30,921 nt of DNA, taken from the IMG/VR virus record IMGVR_UViG_3300045988_097310, positions 1 through 30,921 of that record. One strand, given 5' to 3'. Made by a program: the position numbers and the translations under genes. Shown piece after piece: positions 17,469 to 28,792 of the stretch (position 1 is the stretch's first letter; every line of letters begins with the position of its first letter). Source of the stretch: a virus. The notes beneath the pieces are model-generated. The model searched no databases. It was not told the DNA's origin and worked only from the letters and a program-made list of their open reading frames with translations.

Positions 17469-17948
17469 ATGGCAAATCAAGTTTTGGATTTTCCCAATTT
17501 AGAAGCTGTCTTAAAACAATATGGAGAACAATTACTTTCTATATATAGGCAGAAATTACTACAAACTGGTTCAGATGATACGGGAACTCTTGGTAATACA
17601 CTTAATTATATAGTTGAAGATCAAGATGAAGTATATGAAGTTAGTTTGCAAATACAAGATTATTGGAAGTATGTTGAGGATGGCAGAAATGCAGGAAAGT
17701 TTCCTCCTATCAGTGATATAAAAAGGTGAATACAAACTAAGCCTGTATTACCTCGTCCATATAATGGATTACTTCCAACTATTGATCAATTAGCATATTT
17801 AATAGCAAGAAAGATTTCCAAAAGAGGAATTGAAGGCAAACATATATTAGAGGAATCATTAACTGAATTAGATGCTTATATGTTATTAGATGATGCAATT
17901 ACAAAAGATTTAGAAACACAAGTTGATAATGTATTTAAAAACTTTTAA
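17469..17948 (+). CDS. Neck / tail-completion protein (HK97 gp10-like pattern)
   Basis: Track ORF 17469-17729 continues through TGA 17727-17729 (DIKR-W-IQTKP) to TAA 17946-17948. The segment YWKYVEDGRNAGKFPP resembles the gp10-family Y..YVE.G motif. Confidence 0.55.
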
Positions 17949-17950
17949 AA

Positions 17951-20131
17951 ATGGCATTTATACCAAGTAAATTAGGAATATATAATGCATCAAGGAGTTT
18001 TCCTGTTAAATGGAATAATCCTGGATGGGGAATTACTGGAGAATATGATTATTGGACTTGGGGAGATGATTATACTGAAGAAGGGCCTTTAAATGTAACT
18101 ATACAGGATCCAAGTAAAGAAGGATGTACAATACAATTTTTATCTCCTACAACAATAACTACTGATTCTTCTACTGTATTTCATTTTTATCCTAGAGGTA
18201 TTACTACTGCTTTATTAGGGGAAGATTTACCAATTAATTTACATAGTAAAGCTCCTGGATATTATCCTGCTAATAGTAGTATTAATGTACCAAATACTGG
18301 TGGAGAATATACAGTAGAGTATATATTAAATAGATCAGATATTATTAAATGAGATGCGGCAGTTGTTAATGCTACAGCTTTAGTTAATATGGAAGTTCTG
18401 GATTGGGATTCTTGCTCTATTAAGTTTAAATTCACAGTAAGAGCTAATACTCAATGGAATACAGATTTAACTGGAACTATCCAATTAGGAGCTTATTATG
18501 ACACTAATAAATTTATTAGTTATAGTTATGGCTTTAAAATTGAAAAAAGTAATACTCCAGAAGATTTAAAGCTAGTAGTAACTCCTTCATCTGGAACTTA
18601 TGGAGCATCTGCTTTTGTTACTGAAGAATTCCATTTAAGTACAACTAAAGCAGAAGAAACAATTACCTCATTTAATGTTACCTGCCCTCAAGCTAGTAAT
18701 ATTAAAAAGGATATTGTTGATAACTATTTTGTATTAACTGTTCCAGAGAATAAAACTACTAATAATTTAGAGTTTAGTGCAATGGTTACTGCAACAACTT
18801 CTGGAGGTTATACTCTTGAAGCTACAGTTCCAATTAAACAAGCTGCAACATCTTTAATGATTCCTAATACTAATTATGAAGTAAGTTGAACTGCATCTAC
18901 ATTAAATATAATTGGTACAGGCTCAAATAACTTAGATGATGTTGTATTTAGTATTCCTGTAGGTTGGATTAGTGGTCAGAAGTTCTCTGTGAATCCTCAA
19001 GGTGTAGCAACTATTAGTTTGAACATTGCAGAAAATTCAGGTTTATCTTCTAGACAAGCAACTATTGGAGTATCTGTTATAAAGAATAGTTCAAGTATTA
19101 TTAATTTATCTATTAATATTACACAATCTGTTAAATCTGATATATCTCCTATTTGGAAAGATTATGTTTGGAATGAGATAATCAGTTCAGATTTTATTGA
19201 ATATCATCTAGATTATGCAGGAGATATGGTTTATGCTGGCAAGGCTTATAAATATCCTGAAACAGATAGAGTAGAGTTTCTATTAAATAATGTAGCTGAA
19301 AATTATCTATCTAATGGAATTATATTTAATACTTCTAAAACTATAATATCTCCAGAATATTTGAAATCATTTACTTTGATAACATCTAGTGGAAATGAAA
19401 AACCAATTACTTTCTTCAATGACTGGAGTTATAAAGATAGAGATCTAACTAAAGGCACTATGTTAAGTGATCCTATTACTGGTTTAGTTGATCCAAGGCA
19501 GTATTTAGTATCAAGTTGAATTCTACCAACTGGAACTGGAGTTATTAATAGATTCTTTTATATAGATGGAGTACAATCTGCTATGGATATTAGTTTAAAT
19601 TCTGGAATTAATGGATATACATATACAGAAGATTTAAGTAATAAATTATGGCCTTGTGGAAGCTATTTAATAGTAGGATTTGTAGAAGGTGGAAATATTA
19701 GTGATAGACAGATTAGATATGATATAGATACTACAGGTAAAGATTATGTGCTATATTATACTAATTCAGCAGGTGGATGGGATTCATTACTTGTTGAGGG
19801 TAATGTTAGAAAGAATGATGAGATTAAATCTGAAACATATACTCGCAAGGTATTAAATACATCACAAGAGTTTGCAAGAAATAAGTATTTGAATACTATA
19901 ACTTCAAGCTGGGTTCTTTATACTGGTTATTTAAATGATATTCAAGCTTCTAAGATGTTTAATCTAATTGAGAGTACCAAAGTATATTTGCATAATCTTA
20001 AAGATAATACTATCACTCCAGTATTGATTACAGATACAAATTGTGAATATAAAACTTATACTAATCAAGGTAAAAACAAGTTCTATTATACAATTAATGT
20101 AGAAGCTTCTCAAGATACTTATCGTAAATAA
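17951..20131 (+). CDS. Large tail/baseplate protein (726 aa) with Ig/BACON-like domains (Dit-like candidate)
   Basis: Four track ORFs (17951, 18389, 18989, 19583) share one frame and are joined through TGAs at 18350, 18887 and 19517. YEVS-W-TAS...VGWISG...ISLNIAENSGLSSRQATIGVSV matches the BACON-type pattern. Confidence 0.7.
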
Positions 20132-20133
20132 TT

Positions 20134-23100
20134 ATGAGAAAGAATATTAAACTATTTATTGCAAATAAAGAGGTTGACTGTAGTGAGGGAATTAGTCTTC
20201 CTATGACATATACTGTTGAGGATTTCCAAAACCCCACTATAGTCAAGAACTCGTTTAGTAAAACGATTTCTATACCTGGCACAAAGAATAATAATAAGAT
20301 TTTTGGAGAGATTTATAAGTTAGATAGATTTCTCCATATAAAAGAAGGTAATTTCTCTGGAGTATATTTTGATCCTTCAAAACGAGTTGATTTTGGAATT
20401 TATAATAATGGCTATTTAGTTGAATCTGGATATATGCAATTAAATAGCATATCTATAAAACAAGCTGTCATTACTTATAATATTACTTTATATGGAGGAT
20501 TAGGAGATTTCTTCTATGGACTTAAATATAAAGAAGATGGTACTATTAGGACTCTTGCTGATTTACAATACTTTGTAACTGATGAAGATGGGAATACACT
20601 TCCTGCTGATACTGAACTTAATTTTTATATTAACAAAGATTTTGTAAATACTTGTTTTGACTGAAGTAAAACGAATGAAGGAAGTCAAATATATGATTAT
20701 TTGACATTTATTCCAGCATATAATGGTTTATATGAAGATTTTGATAATGAAAGTTGTTTAATAAATACTAATGAAAATAGTATATTTCCTACTAGTAAGA
20801 CAGATTCAGGAGTTACATATACACCTTATAATGGATATGGATTAGCTAAATTAAATAGAGCATATACAGAATGGGAGATGAGAGATCTTAGAAGTTATAT
20901 GCAGAGGCCAGCTTTAAAATTGAGTAAGTTAATTGAAACTATCTGTAGAAAAGAGAATTCTGGATATGATGTAGTATTTGATCCTTCATTTTTTAATTGA
21001 AATAATCCGTATTGAAGTAAATCCTTTGTAGCTTTACCTTTATTATCTAATCTAGTAAGTGACGAAGCAGATGTAACAGAATCTGGCTTTTTAGTAGAAG
21101 ATAGTAAATATAATTATCAGGTAGGTATAAATAAAGGAGAATCTACATCAAGTCCTTTAAAATTATCCATTGCATCACCTGATATTGTTTACGATTCTGG
21201 AATAATTGATTTAAGTGAGGCTGGATTTAGAAAAAGCCTTTCTACAACTTTTTATTTTAAGTTAAAGTTTAATCGAACTGCAGGAAATGTTGGGGATAGA
21301 TATTTTTTTGGATTTAGAAGGTATTTTAGCTCCTCTGCTCCTCCTTTTTATTCAGCATATAGAGGATACGCTGATGTTTGGCTAACAATTACTAATGAAG
21401 TAGATGATACTATTTATACTTCTGAAATACATAGATTTACAAATTCAGGAACCTACTCACATCCTATAGCTAATGGGGTTAATCATTTTGGGTATTTTCA
21501 AAATAATGTATTTTATGATACTTCTTCATTAACTAATGATTTTGTTATTAATATTACAAATTTTAAAATTCCAATTAATAAAATTAAAATTAAACTTAAT
21601 GTTGTATGATCTACTGGAAATAGTGTTAGACCTACTGGATTATTAAGTGAAGTAATAGAAAGAGGAGAGGATTACCAAGCTATTCCAAAAGGAGATCTTA
21701 TAGTAGATCTTACTTCTCCCATTGAAATTACTACTTCTACAGAGGTACTTCAAAGTAATGCATTATTAACTAAAAAATTATTATTAAAAACAGAACAATC
21801 TCCTGCTGATTACTTATTGAGTTATGCAAAACTATTTGGGTTATATTTTACAAAAGATATTGATAGTAAAACAATTAGAATATATACTAGAAATAATTTC
21901 TTTAAGAATATAATCTCTGATTGGAGTAAGAGAATAGATTATTCTAAAGATTTCAATGTAAATCCAATATTATTTGATAAGAAGTGATATAGAATGAGTT
22001 CTGAAGGTCCAGAAACTTATTTTTATAAAAAATACAATAAGGAATATTCTATATTATATGGTCAACAAAGATTAAATACTGGTTATAATTTTAATTCTGA
22101 AACAACTGAACTGTATAGTGATAATATATATGAAAATATAGTTTCTGCAAGATGGAGAAATAAATATTTTAGAAATTTTTACAATTCTTCTTCCCTTGTA
22201 GTTCCTGCATTTATGAATGATAATATTACCTATACATTATTTAATAATAGCACTACTGAACTTAAGACTATAGATCAAGAGTTATACGGAGCTAATTTTA
22301 TAGATCCCTCTAAAACCACAGAATGATATAAAATCGCAGGTAATGATATATTTGCCAAAAATGTATTTTTCTCAATTGATGGTAATGAGGAATCTTTAGA
22401 GGATATCTCTCAATCCCTAGTATTCTTTAACGGTAATGTTCCTTTAACTGATGTAAAAGGAAATGAAGTAACATATTGAATTACAGATGATCTTACAGAA
22501 ATGAACATATTAAATGATCAGGAAATGTGTTATATATCTACTAAAAGTGAGAAAGATATTAGGGGGAATAAAATTGCTATAAAGAGAACTGTATTACCTC
22601 AATTTACAAGGTATACCGTTTCGTCCTCTAATGTTACTGCTTCTTGAGATTTTGGATTACCACAAGAGATTTATATTGATGATATAACTTATAATATCGG
22701 AAGTACTATTTATAGTAGATTCTGGAGTGAATTTTATAATGATCAATTTGATGTAAATACTAAAAAAGTTACCTGCTTTGTAAGATTGGATGATTTAGAT
22801 GTTAAGTATGATTTACTTAGACAGTTCTATTATTTTGAAGATTCTTACTGGGTACTTAATAAGATTGATGCTTATGATATTAATTCAGATTCTACAGTTA
22901 GATGTGAATTTATTAAAGTTCAAGATATTAATAGTTATTTAGCTGGAATTCAAAATTTAGGTGAGTATATATCATTTGACGATTCAGATCCAGTTGTAGA
23001 TTATAAAGCTGGGACTAAAAAGATTACAGTTACTTCTAATATTCCTTGAGAATTAGGATGATATAGTCCAAATGAAATTGTAAGCATTACACCTGAATCT

Positions 23101-23493
23101 GGGCAGCCTGGAGAAACAGAATTGACAGTTACATATAATGAGAATACTACATATAATCAAAGGAGTTTCTATTTTAGTCTTTATAAACAAGGAAGTATAA
23201 ATGGCCCTCAATGTATGTTTACTCAAACTCCAGACCCAAATAAAGCTATTCTTATTACAGGAAAGCTTCAAACTTCTACTGGAGGTATTCCTTCTGGCGT
23301 TAATCAGATTCTAACTGAAAATGATAATTTCTTAAATGTCACTTATATGAGAGATGATGGAAGTTATAGAATATATGCTCAAAATGGAGTTCAATTTTTA
23401 TTTAGAGTATCTGACGGACCAACAGGAACAGTTAAATATACAGAGAATTTAACACTAACAGAAGATACTGTTAAAAACGTAACTATAAACTAA
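20134..23493 (+). CDS. Very large tail hub / receptor-binding protein (1119 aa) with a C-terminal BACON-like domain
   Basis: Five track ORFs share one frame. I hand-translated the gaps 21001-21993 and 22327-22785 and found no TAA or TAG, including a stretch of about 198 codons with no Met. There are ten in-frame TGAs (20662, 20998, 21013, 21607, 21985, 22324, 22477, 22645, 23047, 23059). NIP-W-ELG-W-YSPNEIVSITPESGQPGETELTVTYNENTTYNQRSFYFSL is BACON-like. Confidence 0.7.
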
Positions 23494-23494
23494 T

Positions 23495-25828
23495 ATGGCT
23501 GAAGAAATTAAAAAAGTAATTAGTGTAGATACTAAAACCAGTTCAAAGTCGATCAAGCAGCTACGAGAAGAAGTAGCTGGCTTGACGGCTGAACTTGAAG
23601 ATCTTGAGATTGGTAGTACTGACTATACTAAAAAGCTTGAAGAACTTGTTAATGTTCAAAATAAGTTAGGTGTTGCTACAGAATCTATGCAAGGTAAAAC
23701 TGTAAATGCAGTTAAGGCGTTTGACAGTATAAATCAAGTAGCAGGAGGTTTAGCTGGAGGAGTTTCAGCTGTTAGTGCAGCATTCACTTTATTTGGAAAA
23801 GATACAGAGAATCTTCAAAAAACTATGGTTAAATTGCAAGCAGCAATTGCTATAGTTCAGGGAATTGGAGGATTAAAAGGTTTAGGTGAAGGTATTCTTA
23901 ATGGAGTAAAATCATTTAAAGCCTTATCTGTAGCAATGGGTGGTGCTACGGCTGCAACTGGAGGATTATCTGTAGCAATGGGTGTGCTACGGTCTGCAAT
24001 TATATCTACAGGAATTGGAGCTTTAGTTGTAGCTCTTGGTATGTTAATAGATTTTGCAATTAAAGCAGCATCAGGAATTGATGATTTAAAAATTAGTATT
24101 TCTGGTTTAAAAGATATAACTGATCAATGAGGAACAAGTTACTCCAGAGCTAATACTGAAATTGCAGGATTGGAGAGACAAAGAGAGAGAGATTTAGCTG
24201 CTGGTAAAAAAAGTGAAATACAAATTTGGAAAGATTATGCTGAAGCATTAGGAGATTTAGATGCTGAATTATTTCATCAATTTGGCAGTGTAACTAAAGC
24301 ATATTCTGACTCATTTACTAATATACTTAAAAGTAATAAATACTTCAAAAAAGAATTTAAGAAATCTGGATATGAAACTTGGGAAGATTATTCCAAAGCA
24401 ATACAATGAGGATTAAAGAATAGTTCTAATGAAGTTGATTTCTTTTTAAGTAAGTTAAATGAGGATCAAAAAGCGGCTTATGATGAAGCTTCTGGTATTT
24501 ATAATACATATCTTGAGAAGCGAAATGATTTAATGCAAAAATCTGCTGAAGCTTATGAAAAAGTTAAGTTAATGGAGATTGCTGCAGAACGTAAGCAGAG
24601 AGAAGATGCTAAAGCCCAGTATCTAAAGAATATAGAAGATAGAAAGAAACATAATCAAGATCTGCTTAAAGTTATTAACGATTTCTATGAAGAAAATAGG
24701 AAACTTCTTTTAGATGATGAAGCAAGAGAACTTGATGAATTAAATAGAAACTACCAGAATCAATTAGATGCACTTAAAGAAGCCTATAATCTCAAATTAA
24801 TAACAGTTAAAGAATATAATGAGAGATTAAAGCAGGTAAATGATGCATATAATAAAGAGTGACTAGATAATAATAATGAACGTTATAGAGAAGACTTAGA
24901 AAATAGATTATCTGCATTACAAGAAATGCAAGATAGGGAATCTCAATTATTTGCAAATAAAGAGGCTGCATTATCTGCAGGTAAATCTGGAAGTTATGAA
25001 ACTAGAGTTCAACAATTTGGTTCAACGGATTTTTATCAATCTGGAGAAGATGTTCAAAGACAATATCAAGATACATTAGCTTATAATGAACAGTTATATA
25101 ATCTCACTAAAGATAGAATTACAAGAGAGAATGAATTGATGTCTCAACAGCAAGCTATTTTAGATGAGCAATATAACAATAAGCTGATAACTGAACAAGA
25201 ATATGCCAATCAATCTCAAGCAATTAAATTACAGCAAGAAGCTAATGATATAGCTTTATCAGAAGCAGCTAATGCAAGAGAAGAAGCAGATCTTCAAGCA
25301 TTTAAAGATAGACAAGCTAAAAAGCAACAGGCTATTCAAGCTACTATGAATGTAGCTTCTTCTTTAAGTGGAGCTTTAGCTAATGTATTTAAACAAGAAG
25401 CTAGTGATGATTCAAAATCAGAGAAGCAAAGAGAGAAATCATTTAAAGTTTATAAAGCATTAGCTACTACTCAAGCTATTATTGATACTATCAGTTCTGC
25501 CCAAGGTGCATATAAAGCTATGGTGGGTATTCCATTTGTAGGACCTATTCTTGCTCCTATTGCAGCTGCTACTGCTGTTATAGCTGGTATTGCTAATGTA
25601 AAAGCTATCCAAAATGAGCAGCTTCCTTCATCTGGAGGTTCTGGAAGTGATGCAGGAACTACTGCTCCTGCTGCTTTAAATACAGCTCCTGTAGAATATA
25701 CTCGAAACTTACTTGGCAATAAAGAGACTGATGAATTGAATCAACCAGTTAAATGTTATGTAGTTGAGAGTGATATTACTACTGCTCAAACTAAAGTTGC
25801 AGTTACAGAATCAAATGCAAGTTTCTAA
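23495..25828 (+). CDS. Tape-measure-like or internal/ejection protein (777 aa)
   Basis: Four track ORFs share one frame and are joined through TGAs at 24128, 24407 and 24860. The protein has long coiled-coil Q/E/K-rich regions plus Gly/Ala-rich hydrophobic segments (GGLAGGVSAVSAAFTLFG, GIPFVGPILAPIAAATAVIAGIA). Confidence 0.65.
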
Positions 25829-25847
25829 AGTGAGTAAAATTTATGAC
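25829..25847 (+). repeat. Degenerate right-arm copy of the repeat (AGTGAGTAAAATTTATGAC), starting directly after the upstream TAA stop
   Basis: The motif in context reads AAAGTGAGTAAAATTTATGACAC, against AAAGTGAGTAAAAAACTTGACAC in copy 3. Confidence 0.6.
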
Positions 25848-25892
25848 ACACTACTATGTAAGTTGCTGATTATCAGTGCTTATATAGTAGTG
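25848..25892 (+). other. Nested hairpin: CACTACTAT ... ATAGTAGTG enclosing CTGAT-ta-ATCAG
   Basis: A 9-bp outer inverted repeat (25848-25856 and 25884-25892) and a 5-bp inner one, read directly in the sequence. Confidence 0.55.
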
Positions 25893-25895
25893 CTA

Positions 25896-25944
25896 TGTCA
25901 AAATTTATTTATCTTAGATACAAATTTGAGTAAAAAACTTGACA
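25896..25944 (+). repeat. Copy 4 of the palindromic element (49 nt; 17-mer at 25928-25944)
   Basis: Identical 17-mer and TGTCA/TGACA half-sites. It lies 79 nt upstream of the first capsid-module gene. Confidence 0.85.
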
Positions 25945-26023
25945 TTTGATAGTATATAAATATATAAAAATAAAAGATTGTAACAATATTACATTTTTAA
26001 AATAGCTTATATATTAATAAAAA

Positions 26024-26614
26024 ATGGAAAAAATGTATAATGATCTTCCATTATATCAAGCAATTATTGCTGATGATTGTGATGGAATAGAGTTCGTAGC
26101 ATTGACCAGTAAACCTGCAACCCAAGTTAATTGGCTTGCTTTTGGGGAATCTCAGAAGTTCTCGATGGATGAAGAAAAACATATAGTTACTTCTTGTTTA
26201 ATGGTATGTGATATACCTATATTTAGACGGGATAGTAAAAACGGAGAATATTATATTCAATATGATAAAGAAACTCTCCGTTTAATGGCTGAAAAAATGA
26301 TGTATGATAAGAGAACTACTGATGTAAATATTGAACATTTGGAAGATTCAGTAATTCCTGGAATAATTCTTCAAGAACTATATATTAAAGATATAGATAG
26401 AGGAATTAATCCAGTTGAATTTGCTGATTGTCCAGATGGTTCATTATTTGCTACTTATAAAGTAAATAATCCTGTTATATGGGATGCAATTAAAGCTGGC
26501 AAGTTTAAAGGGTTCTCTATTGAGGGATTGTTTACTTTAGAAAGACAATCTGATGAATATGAGGAACTTAAAGAGATTCAAAAAATGTTGAGAAAAATAA
26601 AAAGAGTTAAATAG
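26024..26614 (+). CDS. XkdF-like (Peptidase_S78_2-type) prohead protease candidate
   Basis: Pattern VALTSKPATQVNWLAF...IEH...GSLFATYKVNNPVIWDAIKAGKFKGFSIEG resembles the XkdF family. First gene of the capsid module. No TGA. Confidence 0.65.
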   Translation: MEKMYNDLPLYQAIIADDCDGIEFVALTSKPATQVNWLAFGESQKFSMDEEKHIVTSCLMVCDIPIFRRDSKNGEYYIQYDKETLRLMAEKMMYDKRTTDVNIEHLEDSVIPGIILQELYIKDIDRGINPVEFADCPDGSLFATYKVNNPVIWDAIKAGKFKGFSIEGLFTLERQSDEYEELKEIQKMLRKIKRVK

Positions 26615-26615
26615 A

Positions 26616-27227
26616 ATGTATAGTGGAGTTATATATCTAGCAACAAATCTTATAAATGGCAATAAATATGTAGGACAAACAAATAATTTCTTGAGAAGAA
26701 AGAATGAACATAAATACAGTTCTAATCTTACATATTTTCATAGAGCGATTAGGAAATATGGATTCAATAACTTTAAATGGGAAATTCTTCAAATCTTTTG
26801 TTGTTCTTCTACAGAATTATTGAAAAGACAACTAAATAATGCAGAAATTAAATATATTCAGTTATTTGATACATTAAATAATGGTTATAATTTAAATGAA
26901 GGTGGAGGTTCTAATACTGGATTTAAACACAGTGAAGAATCTAAACACAAAATGTCTTTAAAACAGTCTGGAAGAGTATTAAAGGATGAAACAAAATTAA
27001 AGTTAAGAGAATGTAGATTAGGAACTAAACAAACTGAACAGCAGAAAGAAAAAGTAAGTAAACGTATAATTATGACAGATATTAATGATACTTATATATG
27101 CACTTGGAAATCTGCTATGGACGCTGAAAGAAACGGAAATTTTGATCATAGTGCTATTATAAAATGTTGCAAAAATAAACAAAACTATCATAAAAATTTT
27201 AAATTTAAGTATGAACAAATTAACTAA
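26616..27227 (+). CDS. GIY-YIG homing endonuclease, paralog of 3865-4530, free-standing inside the capsid module
   Basis: GVIYLATNLINGNKYVGQT...RRKNEH...RAIRKYG...NGYNLNEGG aligns with the 3865 gene along most of its length. No TGA. Confidence 0.85.
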   Translation: MYSGVIYLATNLINGNKYVGQTNNFLRRKNEHKYSSNLTYFHRAIRKYGFNNFKWEILQIFCCSSTELLKRQLNNAEIKYIQLFDTLNNGYNLNEGGGSNTGFKHSEESKHKMSLKQSGRVLKDETKLKLRECRLGTKQTEQQKEKVSKRIIMTDINDTYICTWKSAMDAERNGNFDHSAIIKCCKNKQNYHKNFKFKYEQIN

Positions 27228-27825
27228 ACTGAGAATCGAACTTAGTAAACTCTTAGCAAAATTTAACGATGTTAAGACTAGTGCTGGAGTTCTAACTTAC
27301 GATGGTAGTGAGGATGAGGATCTAAGGGCAGGTATGAGTGTATATACAATGGATACCGATACTGGCGAATATGCACCTGCTGCTGATGGTGAGTATGTTA
27401 CCGAAGATGGCAAAACGATTGTTGTTAAAGACGGTAAAGTAGAGTCCATTACTGATCCTAAAGCTGAGGTTGATCCTGAAGAGGGTATGAGAACTGTTGA
27501 GGTTGATGCTGCTTGTGGAACTAAGAAAGTAAAAGCTGAGGAAGTTACTGATCCTGCTGTTGAAACAGACGGTGTTAAAGAAACTGAGACTGATGCAATC
27601 GACGCTATTCATCGCGAAATTAATGAGCTTTACGATATTGTAGATAAGCTTGTTAAGAAAGTAGCAGAACTTGAAGGAAAATCAGAAGCTACTGAAAAGA
27701 CTGTAGAAAAAATGAGTAAGATGAGTGCTGCTTTTTCAGCAGAGGAAACACTTGAAAATAAAACAACTGCTCCTATAAGTGGGATAGCAGAAATAGATAG
27801 AAAGCTTAAAAACTTTATTGGTTAA
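27211..27825 (+). CDS. Scaffolding protein candidate
   Basis: Acidic, low-complexity and coiled-coil protein. It lies between the protease and the major capsid gene. Confidence 0.55.
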   Translation: MNKLTKLRIELSKLLAKFNDVKTSAGVLTYDGSEDEDLRAGMSVYTMDTDTGEYAPAADGEYVTEDGKTIVVKDGKVESITDPKAEVDPEEGMRTVEVDAACGTKKVKAEEVTDPAVETDGVKETETDAIDAIHREINELYDIVDKLVKKVAELEGKSEATEKTVEKMSKMSAAFSAEETLENKTTAPISGIAEIDRKLKNFIG

Positions 27826-27846
27826 TTTATAAAATTTTAAATAATT

Positions 27847-28752
27847 ATGGCAAATAGTCCTGTAATGACAACTCTTCCTGCTTATGTGGAGCAAAGACGT
27901 CTCCCTCTTATTAAGGAAGCGGTTTTAAAAGCTAAGAGTGCAAGTTTATTTAATCTTCAGACAGATATTAAAACTGATGCTGCTCTTAACCTGTTATCTA
28001 CCGATGTTCAGTTCGGTGATGGTCTTACTTGTGGTTGGGATGAGTCTGGAACTCAGACTCTTTCTCAGAGAATTCTTAAGACTGGTAATATTAAGATTAA
28101 TATGGCATATTGCGATAAGGCTATGCTGAAATACTGGACTCAGTATGCAGTTAAGGTAGCCGCTGGTCAGAAGACTCTTCCTTTTGAAGAGGATTTCGTA
28201 AATGCTGTTGTAGAGAACGTAAAAGAGGCTATTGAGATAGCTATCTGGCAGGGTGATACGGCTTCAGAAACTAATAACCTGAAGTATTTTGATGGTCTGT
28301 TAAAGATCCTTGGTGCTGCTGATGGTGTTGTTGATGTAACAATTGCTGGAACATCTGCCTATACTGACATTATGGCAGTTTATAATGCAATTCCTGAGAA
28401 GGTTCTTGATGGTGCTTCGATTCTTGTTGGTGCCGATATGTTCCGTAAGTTCGTAAATGAACTTGTTGAGAAGAACTATTTCCACTATAGCGGAGAGAGC
28501 CTTGATGGTGAGATTTATCTTCCTGGTTCACAGGTTAAGGTTATTGCTGTTAATGGTCTTAATGGAACTGATAAGATTGTTGCTGGTCAGTTAGACAAGA
28601 ATTTCTTCTATGGTGTAGATATGATGAACGATGAAGAGAAATTCGAATTGTGGTATTCACAGGATTTCAGAGAATTTAGATTAGCTATTGAATTTAACGC
28701 TGGTGTACAGGTTGCATTCCCTGACGAAGTAGTATTAGGTGCCAAGGCTTAA
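27847..28752 (+). CDS. Major capsid protein (HK97-fold type, 301 aa)
   Basis: Size, position after protease and scaffold, biased codon usage, and a strong terminator at the end of the operon. All four Trp are TGG. Confidence 0.75.
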   Translation: MANSPVMTTLPAYVEQRRLPLIKEAVLKAKSASLFNLQTDIKTDAALNLLSTDVQFGDGLTCGWDESGTQTLSQRILKTGNIKINMAYCDKAMLKYWTQYAVKVAAGQKTLPFEEDFVNAVVENVKEAIEIAIWQGDTASETNNLKYFDGLLKILGAADGVVDVTIAGTSAYTDIMAVYNAIPEKVLDGASILVGADMFRKFVNELVEKNYFHYSGESLDGEIYLPGSQVKVIAVNGLNGTDKIVAGQLDKNFFYGVDMMNDEEKFELWYSQDFREFRLAIEFNAGVQVAFPDEVVLGAKA

Positions 28753-28792
28753 TTTCAATAGATTTTATTAACTTCTAAATGATATTGAAATT

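Noticed and set aside
680-25828. The fragmented ORFs could be read as pseudogenes in a decaying prophage, with many premature TGA stops in structural genes.
   Set aside because: All the interruptions are TGA and never TAA or TAG. The frames are always preserved, and the TGAs fall on conserved Trp positions. A decaying genome would show mixed stops and frameshifts.
3722-25944. The four conserved repeats could be a CRISPR-like array or att sites.
   Set aside because: The copies are 6-9 kb apart, not separated by short regular spacers. They are imperfect palindromes with variable left arms. There are four of them, and no integrase is present.
26616-27227. The GIY-YIG gene between protease and scaffold could mark a group I intron.
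   Set aside because: The flanking genes are complete and separate, with their own starts and stops, and no split conserved gene is evident. I could not identify any intron-like structured RNA by eye.
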